From: an uncultured Bdellovibrionales bacterium
GTDB taxonomy: Bacteria > Patescibacteriota > Minisyncoccia > Moranbacterales > UBA1568
Assembly (NCBI GenBank): GCA_964580285.1
Contig: CAZOKB010000005.1
Coordinates: 221-64,220, forward strand
DNA: 64,000 nucleotides
Reading direction: 5' to 3'
The translations under genes and the position numbers were made by a program. This document shows positions 47,029 through 58,372 of this stretch, in pieces; positions within the stretch are counted from its first letter, which is position 1, and the number at the start of each line of letters is the position of its first letter. The notes below the pieces were generated by a model. It ran no database searches. It was not told where the DNA came from and saw only the letters and a list, made by a program, of their open reading frames with translations.

Positions 47029-48186
47029 TTAGGCTGCCGATTTTGCTTCCTTGCTCTTAGTACCCTCTTTTACTGGGAGCAGGCCAAGACGGTGACTCTT
47101 TGGTTCAATAGAGAGAATACGCCAAGTATAGGTTTCACCGGCGGTAAAGACCTCTTCCATTTTTCGTCCTGGGTAGATATCGGAGAATTCGCTAACGTGG
47201 GCCAGACCATGGATATCCTTATCCAGGTAGACAAAGGCTCCAAAATGATTGATTTTATCGATTTTTCCTTTGACTTCGTCATCTACCTTATATTTTTCAC
47301 TCACTTTTTCCCAAGGATCTTCCTTGAGTGATTTCATCGAAAGAGAGATGCGGGCATCCTCAATGCCAATGATTTTGGCTGAGACATGGTCACCGGTCTT
47401 GATGATTTCACGCGGATCGTCAATGAGCTGCCAAGCGAGTTCTGAGATATGGACGAGCCCTTCGAGCTTCTCGGCCGCCTTTTTGCCCATTTCGCTTTCT
47501 GGAGCAGAGAATTTAACAAAGGCCCCGAAATCAACAACGCCACTCACTTCGCCCTCAATAACATCGCCTACCTTGAGACGGTTGATGAGTTCGCGCTCTT
47601 TTTCGCTCTGAGCAGCCTTTTCACTCACAATCAATTTTTCGCTTGCACGATCAGCATCCAAAATACGGACACTAATTTCTTGGCCAACCAGCTTCTTCAA
47701 GAGTTCAAGAATTTTGTTCTTATCTCCATCTTCAACGCGTGGATAGTGCTCGCTGGAAAGCTGGGAAACAGGTAAAAATCCGCTAATACCGTTGATTTCA
47801 ATCATCAAACCACCTTTATTAGCATCGGTGACTTTCGTTTGAACCACTTCACGGGCATTCAGTTTTTCTTCGATATCTTCCCAGGATTTCTCGTAAGAGG
47901 CTTCACGAATAGAGAGCTCTATATAGCCATCTTCAGTCTCAAAACTCGTGAGGGTGGCGCTCACCTCGGTTCCAACTTTGAGCTTGCCATCGGCTCCGAG
48001 TCCGTCACGCATTTCCTTTCCAAGAACGATACCGGTCCCCAGGCCACCGAGATCAATCAGAGCATGATTAGAAGAAACGCTCATTACGACACCATGTACG
48101 ACATCTCCGACACTCGGGATCTCAATGAGGTGTTTCGTGAGGAGCTCCTCCATAGGGCTCACAGCGTTCTTTTTTACTTCAGACAT
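47029..48186 (-). CDS. rpsA: 30S ribosomal protein S1 (short form, about four S1 domains)
   Basis: 385 aa with repeated S1 OB-fold domains. Confidence 0.85.
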   Translation of the reverse strand: MSEVKKNAVSPMEELLTKHLIEIPSVGDVVHGVVMSVSSNHALIDLGGLGTGIVLGKEMRDGLGADGKLKVGTEVSATLTSFETEDGYIELSIREASYEKSWEDIEEKLNAREVVQTKVTDANKGGLMIEINGISGFLPVSQLSSEHYPRVEDGDKNKILELLKKLVGQEISVRILDADRASEKLIVSEKAAQSEKERELINRLKVGDVIEGEVSGVVDFGAFVKFSAPESEMGKKAAEKLEGLVHISELAWQLIDDPREIIKTGDHVSAKIIGIEDARISLSMKSLKEDPWEKVSEKYKVDDEVKGKIDKINHFGAFVYLDKDIHGLAHVSEFSDIYPGRKMEEVFTAGETYTWRILSIEPKSHRLGLLPVKEGTKSKEAKSAA

Positions 48187-48612
48187 AGGTTTTTTCGATG
48201 TTTCGTTTCGGCAACGAAAAGTTTAAGAATAAAGGCCGAAAAAATAACAGGCATTACCCTGATGCTACCTACACTCGCTCGAAAACGAAAGTTTGCTTTC
48301 GTTTTACTCGCTTCGTTTGGTAATAAAAAACACCCAAAATAATGGAGTGCCTTTAGTCAAACAATCAAGCAGGGTATAAAGCTTGATAATCAGGGATTAA
48401 AAGCATCCCCGTATTCAGTTGTTTTTAGGTATCGAACGCCGCTATTCTAGCAGACAAGTGCTTTTTTGGCAAGCCTGTGGATTTTCTTAAAACCCTCGGA
48501 GAGAAGTCAAAAAAAATTCCTAAAAAAGGAGCTTTTTTTGGCTTATTTAAGTATCGACAGGAGAAGAGCGGTGTGCTACACTCCGAGAGTAATTGAAGAC
48601 GAGACCTCTACT

Positions 48613-49272
48613 ATGAATATCGAGTATTACGGGGATTTTTGTTTTAAAATCACAACAAAACCGAATGGTCGTGCAACAGAAGACGTTGTGATTGTGACGG
48701 ATGTTCCTGAGAAGGCGACCGGATTGCGCGCTCCCCAGGGAGAGGCCCAGATCGTTGTTCTATCCCATCAGGAGCGGAATATTCCAGAGCTTGCTCTTAT
48801 CAAAGGAGAGCCCTTGGTATTGGTGGCCCCGGGGGAATATTCAGCGAAAGGGGTGACCTTAGTGGGGTTGCCAACGTTTCGAGATAGCGAAGCAGGGATG
48901 GTACAGGGAAAGAATACGGTGTTTCTTATTGAGTCAGAAGAAATGAGACTCTGTTTCCTTGGGGCTCTGGGACACGAGCTTGATCCCGGGACGATTGAAA
49001 AGATAGGGGATGTCGATATACTGTTTATTCCTGCAGCTGGCACGGATACGCTGGTGTTTGAAAAGGTGGATGATCTCATTCGGAAAATTGAACCAAAAGT
49101 AGTCATTCCTATGCACTACAAGTTGCCTGGCATGAAGACGGATTGGCCGGATGCGAAGAAGTTTTGTGATGCGGTCGGGAATTGTCCAGAAGAAACCTTG
49201 GCTAAGTACAATGTGAAGAAGAAAGATCTTGAAGGTAAGGTGATGGAAGTGGTTCTTTTGAATAATGACTAG
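48613..49272 (+). CDS. MBL-fold metal-dependent hydrolase (UPF0173-like)
   Basis: Internal ATG at 48613 preferred over the ORF-track start; beta-lactamase-fold motifs. Confidence 0.5.
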   Translation: MNIEYYGDFCFKITTKPNGRATEDVVIVTDVPEKATGLRAPQGEAQIVVLSHQERNIPELALIKGEPLVLVAPGEYSAKGVTLVGLPTFRDSEAGMVQGKNTVFLIESEEMRLCFLGALGHELDPGTIEKIGDVDILFIPAAGTDTLVFEKVDDLIRKIEPKVVIPMHYKLPGMKTDWPDAKKFCDAVGNCPEETLAKYNVKKKDLEGKVMEVVLLNND

Positions 49273-49275
49273 TCT

Positions 49276-49623
49276 ATGTCATCAGTGTGGGACATGATTG
49301 AGAATGTGCGACAGAAGCCAGAGACAGTGCGCCGGCGGTATATGTATGTCTGGGTGGGGGTGACCATGCTGTTGGTTTTTGGTATCTGGTTTCTTTCGGT
49401 TACGGAGAGTTTTCACACTGTGGCTACGGAAGCACCAGAACTCAAGGATCAGGCGGCTCAGATAGTACCGAAGCCGGATACGTCTTCGCTTTCGGGATTG
49501 CTTGAGCAAGGGAAATCTCTCCAAGTAGATGATGCAAGATCTAAAGCAGAAGATTTTTTTGAAACGCAATTGCAACCAACCACAGGGACGCCGGCTCAGG
49601 AGTCTTCTCGGGAGGTCAAATAA
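49276..49623 (+). CDS. Hypothetical membrane-anchored protein
   Basis: 115 aa with one TM helix. Confidence 0.35.
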   Translation: MSSVWDMIENVRQKPETVRRRYMYVWVGVTMLLVFGIWFLSVTESFHTVATEAPELKDQAAQIVPKPDTSSLSGLLEQGKSLQVDDARSKAEDFFETQLQPTTGTPAQESSREVK

Positions 49624-49686
49624 TCAAGCGGGTTTGTTTTGGATAGTGAGAATTTTTCAAAAGAGCTTTAAGTTAATGCAAGCAGT

Positions 49687-52137
49687 ATGTCTGAATCACA
49701 GTATCATGACGGGAAAATAGAATCACGCAGTATCACAGAGGAAGTGAAACAATCATATCTCGACTACGCGATGAGTGTTATCGTAGCGCGCGCGTTACCA
49801 GATGTGCGTGATGGTTTGAAGCCAGTGCACCGACGTATCCTCTACTCCATGTGGTCAACCGGTCTCCGTTCGAACGCTAAGTTTCGCAAGTCGGCCACGG
49901 TGGTTGGTGAAGTGCTCGGAAAGTATCATCCGCACGGTGACTCGGCGGTGTACGATACCATGGTGCGTATGGCTCAGGATTTCTCGCTGAGGTATCCGCT
50001 CGTGTGGGGTCAGGGAAACTTCGGTTCCATGGATGGCGATGGAGCAGCAGCGTATCGGTATACAGAGGCCAAGCTATCTCCGATTGCGGAAGAGATGCTC
50101 GTGGATATTGAAAAAGATACCGTTGATTTTATCCCGAACTTCGATGGCATGCATGAAGAGCCGACCGTGTTGCCGGCTAAGCTGCCGCAACTTCTCTTGA
50201 ATGGAACCGTTGGGATCGCTGTGGGTATGGCAACTAATATCCCGCCGCATAATTTGAACGAGCTCGTCGATGGTATTTGTCACTTAATTGATTTTCCTGA
50301 GGCCACGATTGATGATCTGATGCAGTTTATTAAGGGGCCAGACTTTCCGACAGGAGGCATTATGTACAATGTGCGAGATATTCATAATGCCTACGCGACC
50401 GGTAAGGGGCCGATTGTGACCCGAGCCAAGGCGGATATCGTGGAAACCAAAACGGGGAGTTTCCAGATTATCATCACGGAAATGACCTATCAGACCAACA
50501 AGTCCGCACTCATCATGAAAATTGCTGATCTCGTGAAAGAAGATAAGATTTCTGGCATTAAAGATTTGCGGGATGAATCAGATAAGGATGGCGTGCGGGT
50601 GGTCGTGGAGCTCAAGAAGGATGCCTATCCGCAAAAGGTGTTGAACTCGCTCTACTCCATGACCGATCTGCAGAAGAACTTCAACGTGAACATGCTGGCC
50701 TTGGTGGACGGAGTTGATCCGCAGATTCTCAATCTCAAGGCTATCCTTGAACACTATGTGAAACATCGAGAATCAGTGGTGACTCGCCGAGCAGAGTATG
50801 AACTCCAGAAGGCCAAGGACCGCGCGCATATTTTGGAAGGACTCAAGAAGGCTTTGGATCATATTGATGCCATTATTGAAACCATCAAAAAATCGCCAAA
50901 TAAAGAAGAGGCGCATGCGAATTTGATGAAGAAGTTCAAACTCTCGGAGCGCCAGGCGACGGCGATTTTGGAAATGCGTTTGCAGACCCTCTCGGGATTG
51001 GAACGCAAGAAGATCGAAGATGAGCTCGAAGAAAAACTGAAGCTGATTGCTTATCTGGAAGATTTGCTTAAGCATCGCAAGAAGATTCTCGGGTTGGTGA
51101 AGAGCGAACTCATTGAGGTGCGTGACAAGTATGGTGATGAGCGCCGCACCAGGGTGGTAAAGAGCGGTATCGGGGAATTCAAACAGGAGGATCTTATTCC
51201 GAATGAAGAAGCGATCATCACGCTGACAGAAGACGGTTACATTAAGCGCATGAACCCGAGCGTGTACCGGGTACAGAAGCGCGGAGGGAAGGGGGTTATC
51301 GGCGCAACCACCAAAGAGGAAGATAAGATTGCCATGGTGGTCACGATCGAGACGCATGATAACCTTATGTTTTTCACGAATTCAGGTAAGGTCTTTCAGA
51401 CTAAGGCGTACGAGATCCCAGAGTCTTCACGTACGGCGCGTGGCCAGGCTATCGTTAATTTTCTCCAGCTTTCACAAGAGGAAAAAATTACCGCTACGAT
51501 TTCACGGAGCAAGGATGATGGCTACAAGTACCTCTTTATGGCAACACGCAATGGTACGGTCAAAAAATCGAAGCTTGAGGAATTTGAGAATGTACGTCGG
51601 AGCGGCTTGATTGCGATTACTCTGGATAAGGGGGATACGTTAGGATGGGTGCGCCCAACTACTGGCAGCGATGATGTCATTATGACGACCGCGGATGGAC
51701 AATCAGTTCGTTTTAAGGAATCAGATGTCCGACCGATGGGACGCAATGCGGCTGGTGTACGTGGTATGAAACTGAAAGACGCTAAAGATAGAATTGTAGG
51801 AACGGATATTGTTGATAAGGATGCTAAAGATATGGAACTCCTAGTACTTTCTGAACATGGGTATGGAAAACGCTCCGCTCTTAAGCAGTTCAAAGTACAG
51901 AAGCGCGGTGGATCCGGGATGAAGGCTATGAAAGTGACCGAAAAAACCAAGGATATTGTTGGGGCGCTTGTAACGAGTATGGCGAATATCGAAGATGATA
52001 TTATCCTGACTTCCAAAAAAGGAACCATTATTCGTGTACCATTCAAGTCAGTACCGCTTTTGGGTCGAGTGACTCAAGGGGTGCGAGTGATGAAGCCGCA
52101 ATCTGGTGATGGTGTCGCTGATTTCACGATTCTTTAA
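49687..52137 (+). CDS. gyrA: DNA gyrase subunit A
   Basis: 816 aa; active-site Tyr region (AAMRYTE type) and a C-terminal beta-pinwheel. Confidence 0.95.
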   Translation: MSESQYHDGKIESRSITEEVKQSYLDYAMSVIVARALPDVRDGLKPVHRRILYSMWSTGLRSNAKFRKSATVVGEVLGKYHPHGDSAVYDTMVRMAQDFSLRYPLVWGQGNFGSMDGDGAAAYRYTEAKLSPIAEEMLVDIEKDTVDFIPNFDGMHEEPTVLPAKLPQLLLNGTVGIAVGMATNIPPHNLNELVDGICHLIDFPEATIDDLMQFIKGPDFPTGGIMYNVRDIHNAYATGKGPIVTRAKADIVETKTGSFQIIITEMTYQTNKSALIMKIADLVKEDKISGIKDLRDESDKDGVRVVVELKKDAYPQKVLNSLYSMTDLQKNFNVNMLALVDGVDPQILNLKAILEHYVKHRESVVTRRAEYELQKAKDRAHILEGLKKALDHIDAIIETIKKSPNKEEAHANLMKKFKLSERQATAILEMRLQTLSGLERKKIEDELEEKLKLIAYLEDLLKHRKKILGLVKSELIEVRDKYGDERRTRVVKSGIGEFKQEDLIPNEEAIITLTEDGYIKRMNPSVYRVQKRGGKGVIGATTKEEDKIAMVVTIETHDNLMFFTNSGKVFQTKAYEIPESSRTARGQAIVNFLQLSQEEKITATISRSKDDGYKYLFMATRNGTVKKSKLEEFENVRRSGLIAITLDKGDTLGWVRPTTGSDDVIMTTADGQSVRFKESDVRPMGRNAAGVRGMKLKDAKDRIVGTDIVDKDAKDMELLVLSEHGYGKRSALKQFKVQKRGGSGMKAMKVTEKTKDIVGALVTSMANIEDDIILTSKKGTIIRVPFKSVPLLGRVTQGVRVMKPQSGDGVADFTIL

Positions 52138-52205
52138 GTGAAACCAGAAAAGAAAAGCAGCCCGGAGCAAGCGCTTCGGGCTGTTTTGTTAAGGATGTTT
52201 GGTCC

Positions 52206-52658
52206 TTACGTAATGAGGCTATAGTCCAGGCCGTTTCCGATGGAGAGGACCCAGCGGGATTGGTAGGGAACGGTATAGTGACCGTGTTTGGGAATCTGGA
52301 TTTCCGATTCCGTATCTCCCTGAGCGCTGATGGAAAGGCTGAAGTCCGGTCGGAGTGTGATGCCATCCGGTTCGAAATCGATGTCGATACTTTCGCCATT
52401 CGGGAGCGCATTCTTGAGCGCAGCGAGCGTGGCAGACCCCTGGAGTGTTTCCAGGTTGATGCGAGGCTTTCGGTGATTTGGGTTGAACACCCGTTTCCAG
52501 TCGGTATCCCGAAATAAGGGGATGAGCTTGACCGTTTTCTTACCGCTGTTGTTTTGCTGTGGATCTGCGTGGCCCATTGAAAGAGCTCCATAAATGTCCG
52601 CGAATTGGGACGATTCAATGTACTTTGAAATGATAGAAAAGTCAAGTTTCCTTGCCAA
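52206..52658 (-). CDS. Hypothetical protein
   Basis: 150 aa, no recognised domain. Confidence 0.35.
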   Translation of the reverse strand: MARKLDFSIISKYIESSQFADIYGALSMGHADPQQNNSGKKTVKLIPLFRDTDWKRVFNPNHRKPRINLETLQGSATLAALKNALPNGESIDIDFEPDGITLRPDFSLSISAQGDTESEIQIPKHGHYTVPYQSRWVLSIGNGLDYSLIT

Positions 52659-52754
52659 GAAGAAGCAGGCGTGTTAGAGTTTTCCTGTTACTTATTTAAT
52701 TGAGCGCGGTGTGGTCCCGAGATATCTCTTGGCTCTGCCGTCGCTGACAAGGCT

Positions 52755-53018
52755 ATGGCGCTTACGCACAAGCAAAAGGAGAAGGTGACCGCTCCTCACA
52801 AACGGCACGAGAAAGATACGGGTTCTCCGGAGTACCAAATTTCCATGTTTACGGAGAAAATTAAAAAGCTGACGGCTCATCTGAAGAAGAATGCGAAGGA
52901 TTTTCATTCGCGCCGTGGATTGCTCAAGATGGTCTCTCGTCGGAAAAAGCTGATGGCGTACCTAGAGAAGGTGAATGAGAAGACGGCAAAAAAGCTTCGC
53001 AAAGATCTTGATCTCTAA
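52755..53018 (+). CDS. rpsO: 30S ribosomal protein S15
   Basis: 87 aa; S15 family signature. Confidence 0.9.
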   Translation: MALTHKQKEKVTAPHKRHEKDTGSPEYQISMFTEKIKKLTAHLKKNAKDFHSRRGLLKMVSRRKKLMAYLEKVNEKTAKKLRKDLDL

Positions 53019-53068
53019 TTGTAGATATATCTGCCCCGATTTCGGGGCAGTTTTGTTTAAAAAAGACT

Positions 53069-53569
53069 ATGGCAAAATTTCCTGAGCAGCGTGTCGGGGT
53101 TCTTGTAGACGTTTCTAACCTCTACCACAGCGCGCGAGTACTCTATAAGAAGAAAGTGCACTATAAAAATGTACTCGAAGCAGCCGTGGCTGGTCGAAAG
53201 CTCATTCGGGCTATTGCCTACGGTATTACAACGACCGAAGGGATGGAGGATAAGTTTATTGAGGCCCTCGAAAAATCTGGTTTTGATGTAAAAACCAAAG
53301 ATCTTCAGGTATTTCCGGATGGTTCCAAAAAAGGTGATTGGGACGTGGCCATCGCTATTGATGCGGTGAAGCTCTCGCGAAGTCTGGATGTGATCGTGTT
53401 GGTTTCGGGGGATGGGGACTATATCCCACTCGTCGAGTATATCCAGAACACCACCGGTTGTCGGGTAGAAATGATTGCGTTTGGGGAGTCGGCTTCTGCG
53501 AAGCTGGTTGAGCAAGCGGATGAATTTTTGAATCTTTCGGAGAATCGCAAGAAGTATCTCATGGGGTAA
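53069..53569 (+). CDS. NYN-domain (LabA-like, PIN-like) protein
   Basis: 166 aa; N-terminal VDxxN and conserved Asp residues. Confidence 0.7.
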   Translation: MAKFPEQRVGVLVDVSNLYHSARVLYKKKVHYKNVLEAAVAGRKLIRAIAYGITTTEGMEDKFIEALEKSGFDVKTKDLQVFPDGSKKGDWDVAIAIDAVKLSRSLDVIVLVSGDGDYIPLVEYIQNTTGCRVEMIAFGESASAKLVEQADEFLNLSENRKKYLMG

Positions 53570-53770
53570 TCTTTTTTGGGAGCTCATAAAGAGGGAAAGC
53601 GGTGTTCTTTAGAGGGCGCCGCTTTGACTTTTGAGCTGAAAAAGGCTATGCTGCGGGCGCAATTCAATCATTAATATGGAACGGGAGAAGGCTGATGAGC
53701 ACCGTCGTGAGCAGAACTTTTTCGGCTTAGGACAGTGTTTCTTAGCTTCTCCGGGAGTCCAGAAAAGAAT

Positions 53771-55885
53771 ATGCAAGAGAAGAAATGGTCTTTGCAGTTG
53801 GGTGGTCGCGAACTGACCATCGAAACGGGGACATTAGCGAAGCAGGCGAGTGGATCGGTGACGGTGCGGTATGGCGACACTGTTGTTTTAGCAACAGCCG
53901 TCATGAGCAAGGAAATGTCTAAGATCACGGGTTATTTCCCGCTCATGGTGGATTATGAAGAGCGGTATTATGCCGCGGGGAAGATCAAGGGATCACGCTT
54001 TATTAAGCGTGAAGGGCGCCCATCGGATGATGCTATTCTCTCAGGTCGGGCCGTGGATCGTACGATTCGTCCGCTGTTTGATGGCCGTATGCGCAATGAG
54101 GTGCAGGTGGTGGTCACTACGCTCTCGTATGATGGCGAGAATGATCCGGATCTAGTGGCTATGATCGCGGCTTCTGCGGCGTTAGCTCTCTCGGATATTC
54201 CTTGGAATGGACCGATTGGTGCGGTACGCGTGGGATTACAGGGAGAAGGGTTTGTACTCAATCCATCTACGGAAGAGCGTGAAAATAGTGTGCTCGACTT
54301 ACTCCTTTCCGGTACCCAAGAGAAGATCAATATGATCGAATGTGGTGCTAAGGAAATTACAGAGGAACAAATGGGTGCGGCATTCGAGTTTGGTTTTGAG
54401 GCAATTCAAAAAATCACCCGTTTTATTGAAGAAGTTCGTGCTGAAGCTGGTAAAGAGAAGCGTCCAGCAGCCTTGTTGCGCGGATCAGAGGCTTTTGAAG
54501 CAGATGTTCGGGCATTTTGTGAGCAGTCTGGCTTAGCTGAGGCCCTCTATCTGCGACCAAAACAAGTTATGGAAGCAAAAACGGCGGAGATTAACGCGAG
54601 TATTGCCGCGTATGCCTCTGAAAAGTATCCAGAACAGAAAAATCTATCTGAGCTCCTGGCTTTGATTACGGATGAGGTTTCAGATGAAGCGGTACACCAG
54701 AATATTCTTGAAAAAGGAGCTCGCCCAGATGGACGGGCTGTCACGGAAATTCGACCGATCACCTGTCAGGTAGGCCTCTTGCCGCGTACGCATGGTACCG
54801 GACTCTTTACTCGTGGCGAAACGCAGGCGTTGACGGTGACAACTCTCGGTGCGCCTGGGGATGAGATGGTAGTTGATACGATGGAGACGGACATGAAGAA
54901 ACGCTATATGCATTTCTATAATTTCCCACCATATTCGGTGGGTGAGGTGCGCCCGATGCGTGGTCCGGGTCGGCGTGAAGTGGGTCACGGAGCTTTGGCT
55001 GAAAAAGCCTTGATTCCGGTACTGCCGACCAAAGAAGAATTCCCGTACACTATCCTGTTAGTTTCAGAAGTACTCGAATCGAACGGCTCCTCTTCCATGG
55101 CCTCGACCTGTGGTTCCACGCTCTCTTTGATGGATGCCGGAGTACCGATTAAAAAACCGGTAGCGGGTATCGCCATGGGAGTGATTACCGGAAAGCAAGG
55201 TGAGTATAAGGTATTGACTGATATCCAGGGACTCGAAGACCATTACGGCGATATGGATTTTAAGGTGGCCGGTACGAAAGACGGGATTACGGCGATGCAG
55301 ATGGATGTGAAGATCGACGGCCTTACCCCGGATATGCTTAAAGTGGCTATCGCACAGGCAAAAGAAGGACGACTTTTTATCATGGACAAGATGCTGGCGG
55401 CATTGCCGGCTCCTCGGACAGAAATGTCTCCCTATGCACCGCGCATTATCACGCTGCATATCAATCCAGAGAAGATTCGTGATGTCATTGGGCCGGGTGG
55501 CAAAATGATTAATCAGATTATCGATGAGACAGGTGTCTCGATCGATATCGAGGATGATGGTTCGGTCTTTATTACGTCGACCGATGAAACGAGTGCCAAA
55601 GAAGCTGTGCAGTGGATCAATAATATTACTCGCGAAGTGAAGGCGGGAGAGCTTTTTCAGGGCCGTATTACCCGTCTTATGAACTTTGGGGCCTTTGCGG
55701 AAGTATTACCGAATCAGGAAGGGTTGATTCATATTTCTGAGCTCGCTGATCATCGCGTTGAGAAGGTTGAAGACGTGGTGAAGGTAGGAGATATTGTCCC
55801 GGTGATTGTTAAAGAAATAGATGCTCAGGGACGTATCAACCTTTCACACAAACAGGCTGTGCGTCGTGCGCAGGAGACGGAGTAA
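53771..55885 (+). CDS. pnp: Polyribonucleotide nucleotidyltransferase (PNPase)
   Basis: Two RNase PH domains plus KH and S1 domains; internal ATG at 53771 preferred as the start. Confidence 0.9.
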   Translation: MQEKKWSLQLGGRELTIETGTLAKQASGSVTVRYGDTVVLATAVMSKEMSKITGYFPLMVDYEERYYAAGKIKGSRFIKREGRPSDDAILSGRAVDRTIRPLFDGRMRNEVQVVVTTLSYDGENDPDLVAMIAASAALALSDIPWNGPIGAVRVGLQGEGFVLNPSTEERENSVLDLLLSGTQEKINMIECGAKEITEEQMGAAFEFGFEAIQKITRFIEEVRAEAGKEKRPAALLRGSEAFEADVRAFCEQSGLAEALYLRPKQVMEAKTAEINASIAAYASEKYPEQKNLSELLALITDEVSDEAVHQNILEKGARPDGRAVTEIRPITCQVGLLPRTHGTGLFTRGETQALTVTTLGAPGDEMVVDTMETDMKKRYMHFYNFPPYSVGEVRPMRGPGRREVGHGALAEKALIPVLPTKEEFPYTILLVSEVLESNGSSSMASTCGSTLSLMDAGVPIKKPVAGIAMGVITGKQGEYKVLTDIQGLEDHYGDMDFKVAGTKDGITAMQMDVKIDGLTPDMLKVAIAQAKEGRLFIMDKMLAALPAPRTEMSPYAPRIITLHINPEKIRDVIGPGGKMINQIIDETGVSIDIEDDGSVFITSTDETSAKEAVQWINNITREVKAGELFQGRITRLMNFGAFAEVLPNQEGLIHISELADHRVEKVEDVVKVGDIVPVIVKEIDAQGRINLSHKQAVRRAQETE

Positions 55886-55964
55886 AGAGTATTTATCTCA
55901 AAAAGATTCGTGATATACTAAAAGAGGACAGGAAAGTCCTCTTTTGGTATTTTTTTAGAGATCT

Positions 55965-57194
55965 ATGGGATTGTTCGGAGCATCTTCTTCAAAAAAAAAT
56001 GAAAACACAGTAACGGTACCTCAAGAAATACTGGCTCGGATTAGCGTGCTCGGAGACCATGTGGCTGATACTCAACCTAAGACGGAGGTCCTGACGGAGC
56101 AGGTTGTGGTGCCGACGGCAGCGAATCCAGTACCGCATGGACCAGCCGAAGCCTTTACTCAGAGGCCAGTTGGCTCTTCTGGACTGCATCAAGAAAATAA
56201 AGAACCCTCCTTTGCAGTTTCTCCGGAAGTAGCTGGATCCAGCCCGTTTTTGCAGGATCTTTCGCCAGAAGAACTGGTAGTACCAAAAAAAGAAAAAGCC
56301 GGTGTTGAACCACCACTCTTTTTTTCGCAGAATAGCCAGCAAAATTCCTTTGGATTCGGGCAGACACGACCGAATGTTTTTCCGGCCGGGTTTTCTCCGG
56401 CGGTGGGCGCACAGAACATTGCTTTTTCAGATGAGCCAACCTCAACCGTGTCTTCGCGCAAAGCAGTCTGGATTTTTGGCTTAGTATTCATGCTTTTAGT
56501 GTCTGGACTTTCTCTTGCCTATTATTTTCTCTACATATATTCAGATACGAAAACAACTGTGCCAATGCAGGATGCTCAACTCACAAATACTCAAAACTCT
56601 TCTGGAGAAAGCGGAAACACTCAGATTTCATCAGAGTTTTCCCTTGAATCTCCTAATTATCTTTCTTTAAATGTAGAAACAGTTTCTTTGGCCCAGATCC
56701 AGGAACAGATTCAAAAAACCAGTGAACGTATGCGAACAGCGGGTATTACGGCCCCAGTAGAGTTTACTGTAACGGATCAGACCAACACCCCGATAGCTTT
56801 TTCGCGATTTGTTGTGCTTGCCGGAATGAAGTTCCCAGAAGAGATTGTCAGTGTGGCTGATGAACATTTTTCTTTATTCATAAAGATTGATCAAGGAAAG
56901 ACTAGGGTAGGACTACGAGTCTTACTCAAACAGGCAGATGTTACCCCTCTTGTATTCCGTAAAGCGGAGGGTGATTTCCTGTTTGCCTTGCAGAATATGT
57001 ATTTTGAAGCGAAAGTATCACCTGTGAAAAAAGCGATTTTCAAACAAGGGGTGTACCACGACATCCCAGTTCGCTACTCGAATGTTCCGGGGGTGGAGAA
57101 TCTTTCGGTGGATTATACTGTGGTAGGGAATGAGTGGTACATTGGCACGAGCAAAGATACGGTACGCGGTATGCTGGACTATGAAAAAAAGTAA
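55965..57194 (+). CDS. Hypothetical membrane protein
   Basis: 409 aa; one TM helix near residue 175; Pro/Ser-rich N-terminus. Confidence 0.4.
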   Translation: MGLFGASSSKKNENTVTVPQEILARISVLGDHVADTQPKTEVLTEQVVVPTAANPVPHGPAEAFTQRPVGSSGLHQENKEPSFAVSPEVAGSSPFLQDLSPEELVVPKKEKAGVEPPLFFSQNSQQNSFGFGQTRPNVFPAGFSPAVGAQNIAFSDEPTSTVSSRKAVWIFGLVFMLLVSGLSLAYYFLYIYSDTKTTVPMQDAQLTNTQNSSGESGNTQISSEFSLESPNYLSLNVETVSLAQIQEQIQKTSERMRTAGITAPVEFTVTDQTNTPIAFSRFVVLAGMKFPEEIVSVADEHFSLFIKIDQGKTRVGLRVLLKQADVTPLVFRKAEGDFLFALQNMYFEAKVSPVKKAIFKQGVYHDIPVRYSNVPGVENLSVDYTVVGNEWYIGTSKDTVRGMLDYEKK

Positions 57195-57337
57195 GTTTCT
57201 TTTTTCATGGCTTAGGAAAAGCTTTTTCGAGAAATGAAAAAGAAAAAGTGTTCAGCGCATGAAAGAGAGAAAAAATCTTTTCAGAAGCAAGAGAGTAAAA
57301 AAAGTGGCTTGAGTGAGCACAATATTAGAACACTGGA

Positions 57338-57366
57338 TTGACCGGAGCGGAAGAAATTGATATAAT
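57338..57366 (+). promoter_or_regulatory. Consensus sigma70-type promoter TTGACC-N17-TATAAT in a long noncoding region
   Basis: Hexamers and 17-bp spacing read directly; the next CDS starts ~600 bp downstream. Confidence 0.5.
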
Positions 57367-57419
57367 GTAGTTGTACATTAAAAAATAAAACCTCTCCCAA
57401 GACTCTCTTTGGTTGCGAA

Positions 57420-57480
57420 CAGCGTGAGGCTTCCCGTCCACAATTACCCCCTAATTGTGATGGGACTCCTCACACTGTTC
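57420..57480 (+). ncRNA. Candidate small RNA element: long hairpin (~22-bp stem, CCCCC loop) downstream of the consensus promoter
   Basis: GTGAGGCTTCCCGTCCACAATTA-CCCCC-TAATTGTGATGGGACTCCTCAC. Confidence 0.3.
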
Positions 57481-57974
57481 AAGTATCTGATACAACATAT
57501 CAGATCGCTCCGACCTAACCGGAGACCCAAAATAAAAACAAAAAAAGGTAATCAGGCAGAATGAGTGCCGAACGCGTTCCGACATTCCTCCTGCCTGAGA
57601 ACCACCCTTCAAAAAGATAAAATCAGAAGGGAAAAAACAAAGATAAACAAAAAACAAGAGTTCTTTCAAAAAACCAAAGGCATAGCCAGAGAATGGTGAG
57701 GAGGTATAAGTATTCGACACGTTAGGAACGAATGCGATTACGCAAGTGCACAAACTACACGAGTGTTACCTGGATAATCATTGCTTCTCACCCGAGCGAT
57801 ATTACCGTCACGCGTGTTGGCACATGCAGTCGGGCGCTTTCTGCCATATATTATATATTTGGGCGTATGAAGCGCCCGACACCAACAACTTTCCCTTTTT
57901 TAAGCCGTCGGCGACTCCTAGAGTCGTTCTTTTTGTTTTCGGGTAGTTTTTATGTGATATCATAATAAAAAACT

Positions 57975-58364
57975 ATGCGGAGTTTCTTTGGGCGCTTTTC
58001 GCTGGCCAATAGAGTGGGTAGGGATGGGGAAAAAGTCGCAGAGCACTTTTTACGTCGAAAAGGGTATTCTATTGTGGGGCGTAATATCACTAACCCACGA
58101 GGAAGACGGTTAGGAGAAATAGATATTGTGGCTCTAGAAAAGGATATTATTGTGTTTTTTGAGGTGAAAACTAGAACTTCAGCCTTCTTGCCTCCAGGAA
58201 TGTTGATTCGGAGAGAAAAACTGCGGCGTTTAGCCAAAATTGGAGAATGGTATATGAAACAGACGGGATGGATAGGAAGAAAATATCGTTTCGATATGTT
58301 GAGTGTTAAAGAAATTTCTGGAAAAGAACCAGAAATAACCCATATTCAGAATATTTTTCTCTAG
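57975..58364 (+). CDS. yraN: YraN/UPF0102 family endonuclease
   Basis: 129 aa; GEIDIVA and FxEVK motifs. Confidence 0.8.
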   Translation: MRSFFGRFSLANRVGRDGEKVAEHFLRRKGYSIVGRNITNPRGRRLGEIDIVALEKDIIVFFEVKTRTSAFLPPGMLIRREKLRRLAKIGEWYMKQTGWIGRKYRFDMLSVKEISGKEPEITHIQNIFL

Positions 58365-58372
58365 ACCAGAAG

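Noticed and set aside
57200-57974. tmRNA, RNase P RNA or SRP RNA assignment for the long noncoding region
   Set aside because: The conserved motifs were not found: the tmRNA tRNA-like end GGTTCGAATCC..CCA with a tag ORF, the P4 sequence AGGAAAGTCCGGGC, and the SRP sequence GGAAGCAGCCAAGG. It is left as an unclassified candidate sRNA.
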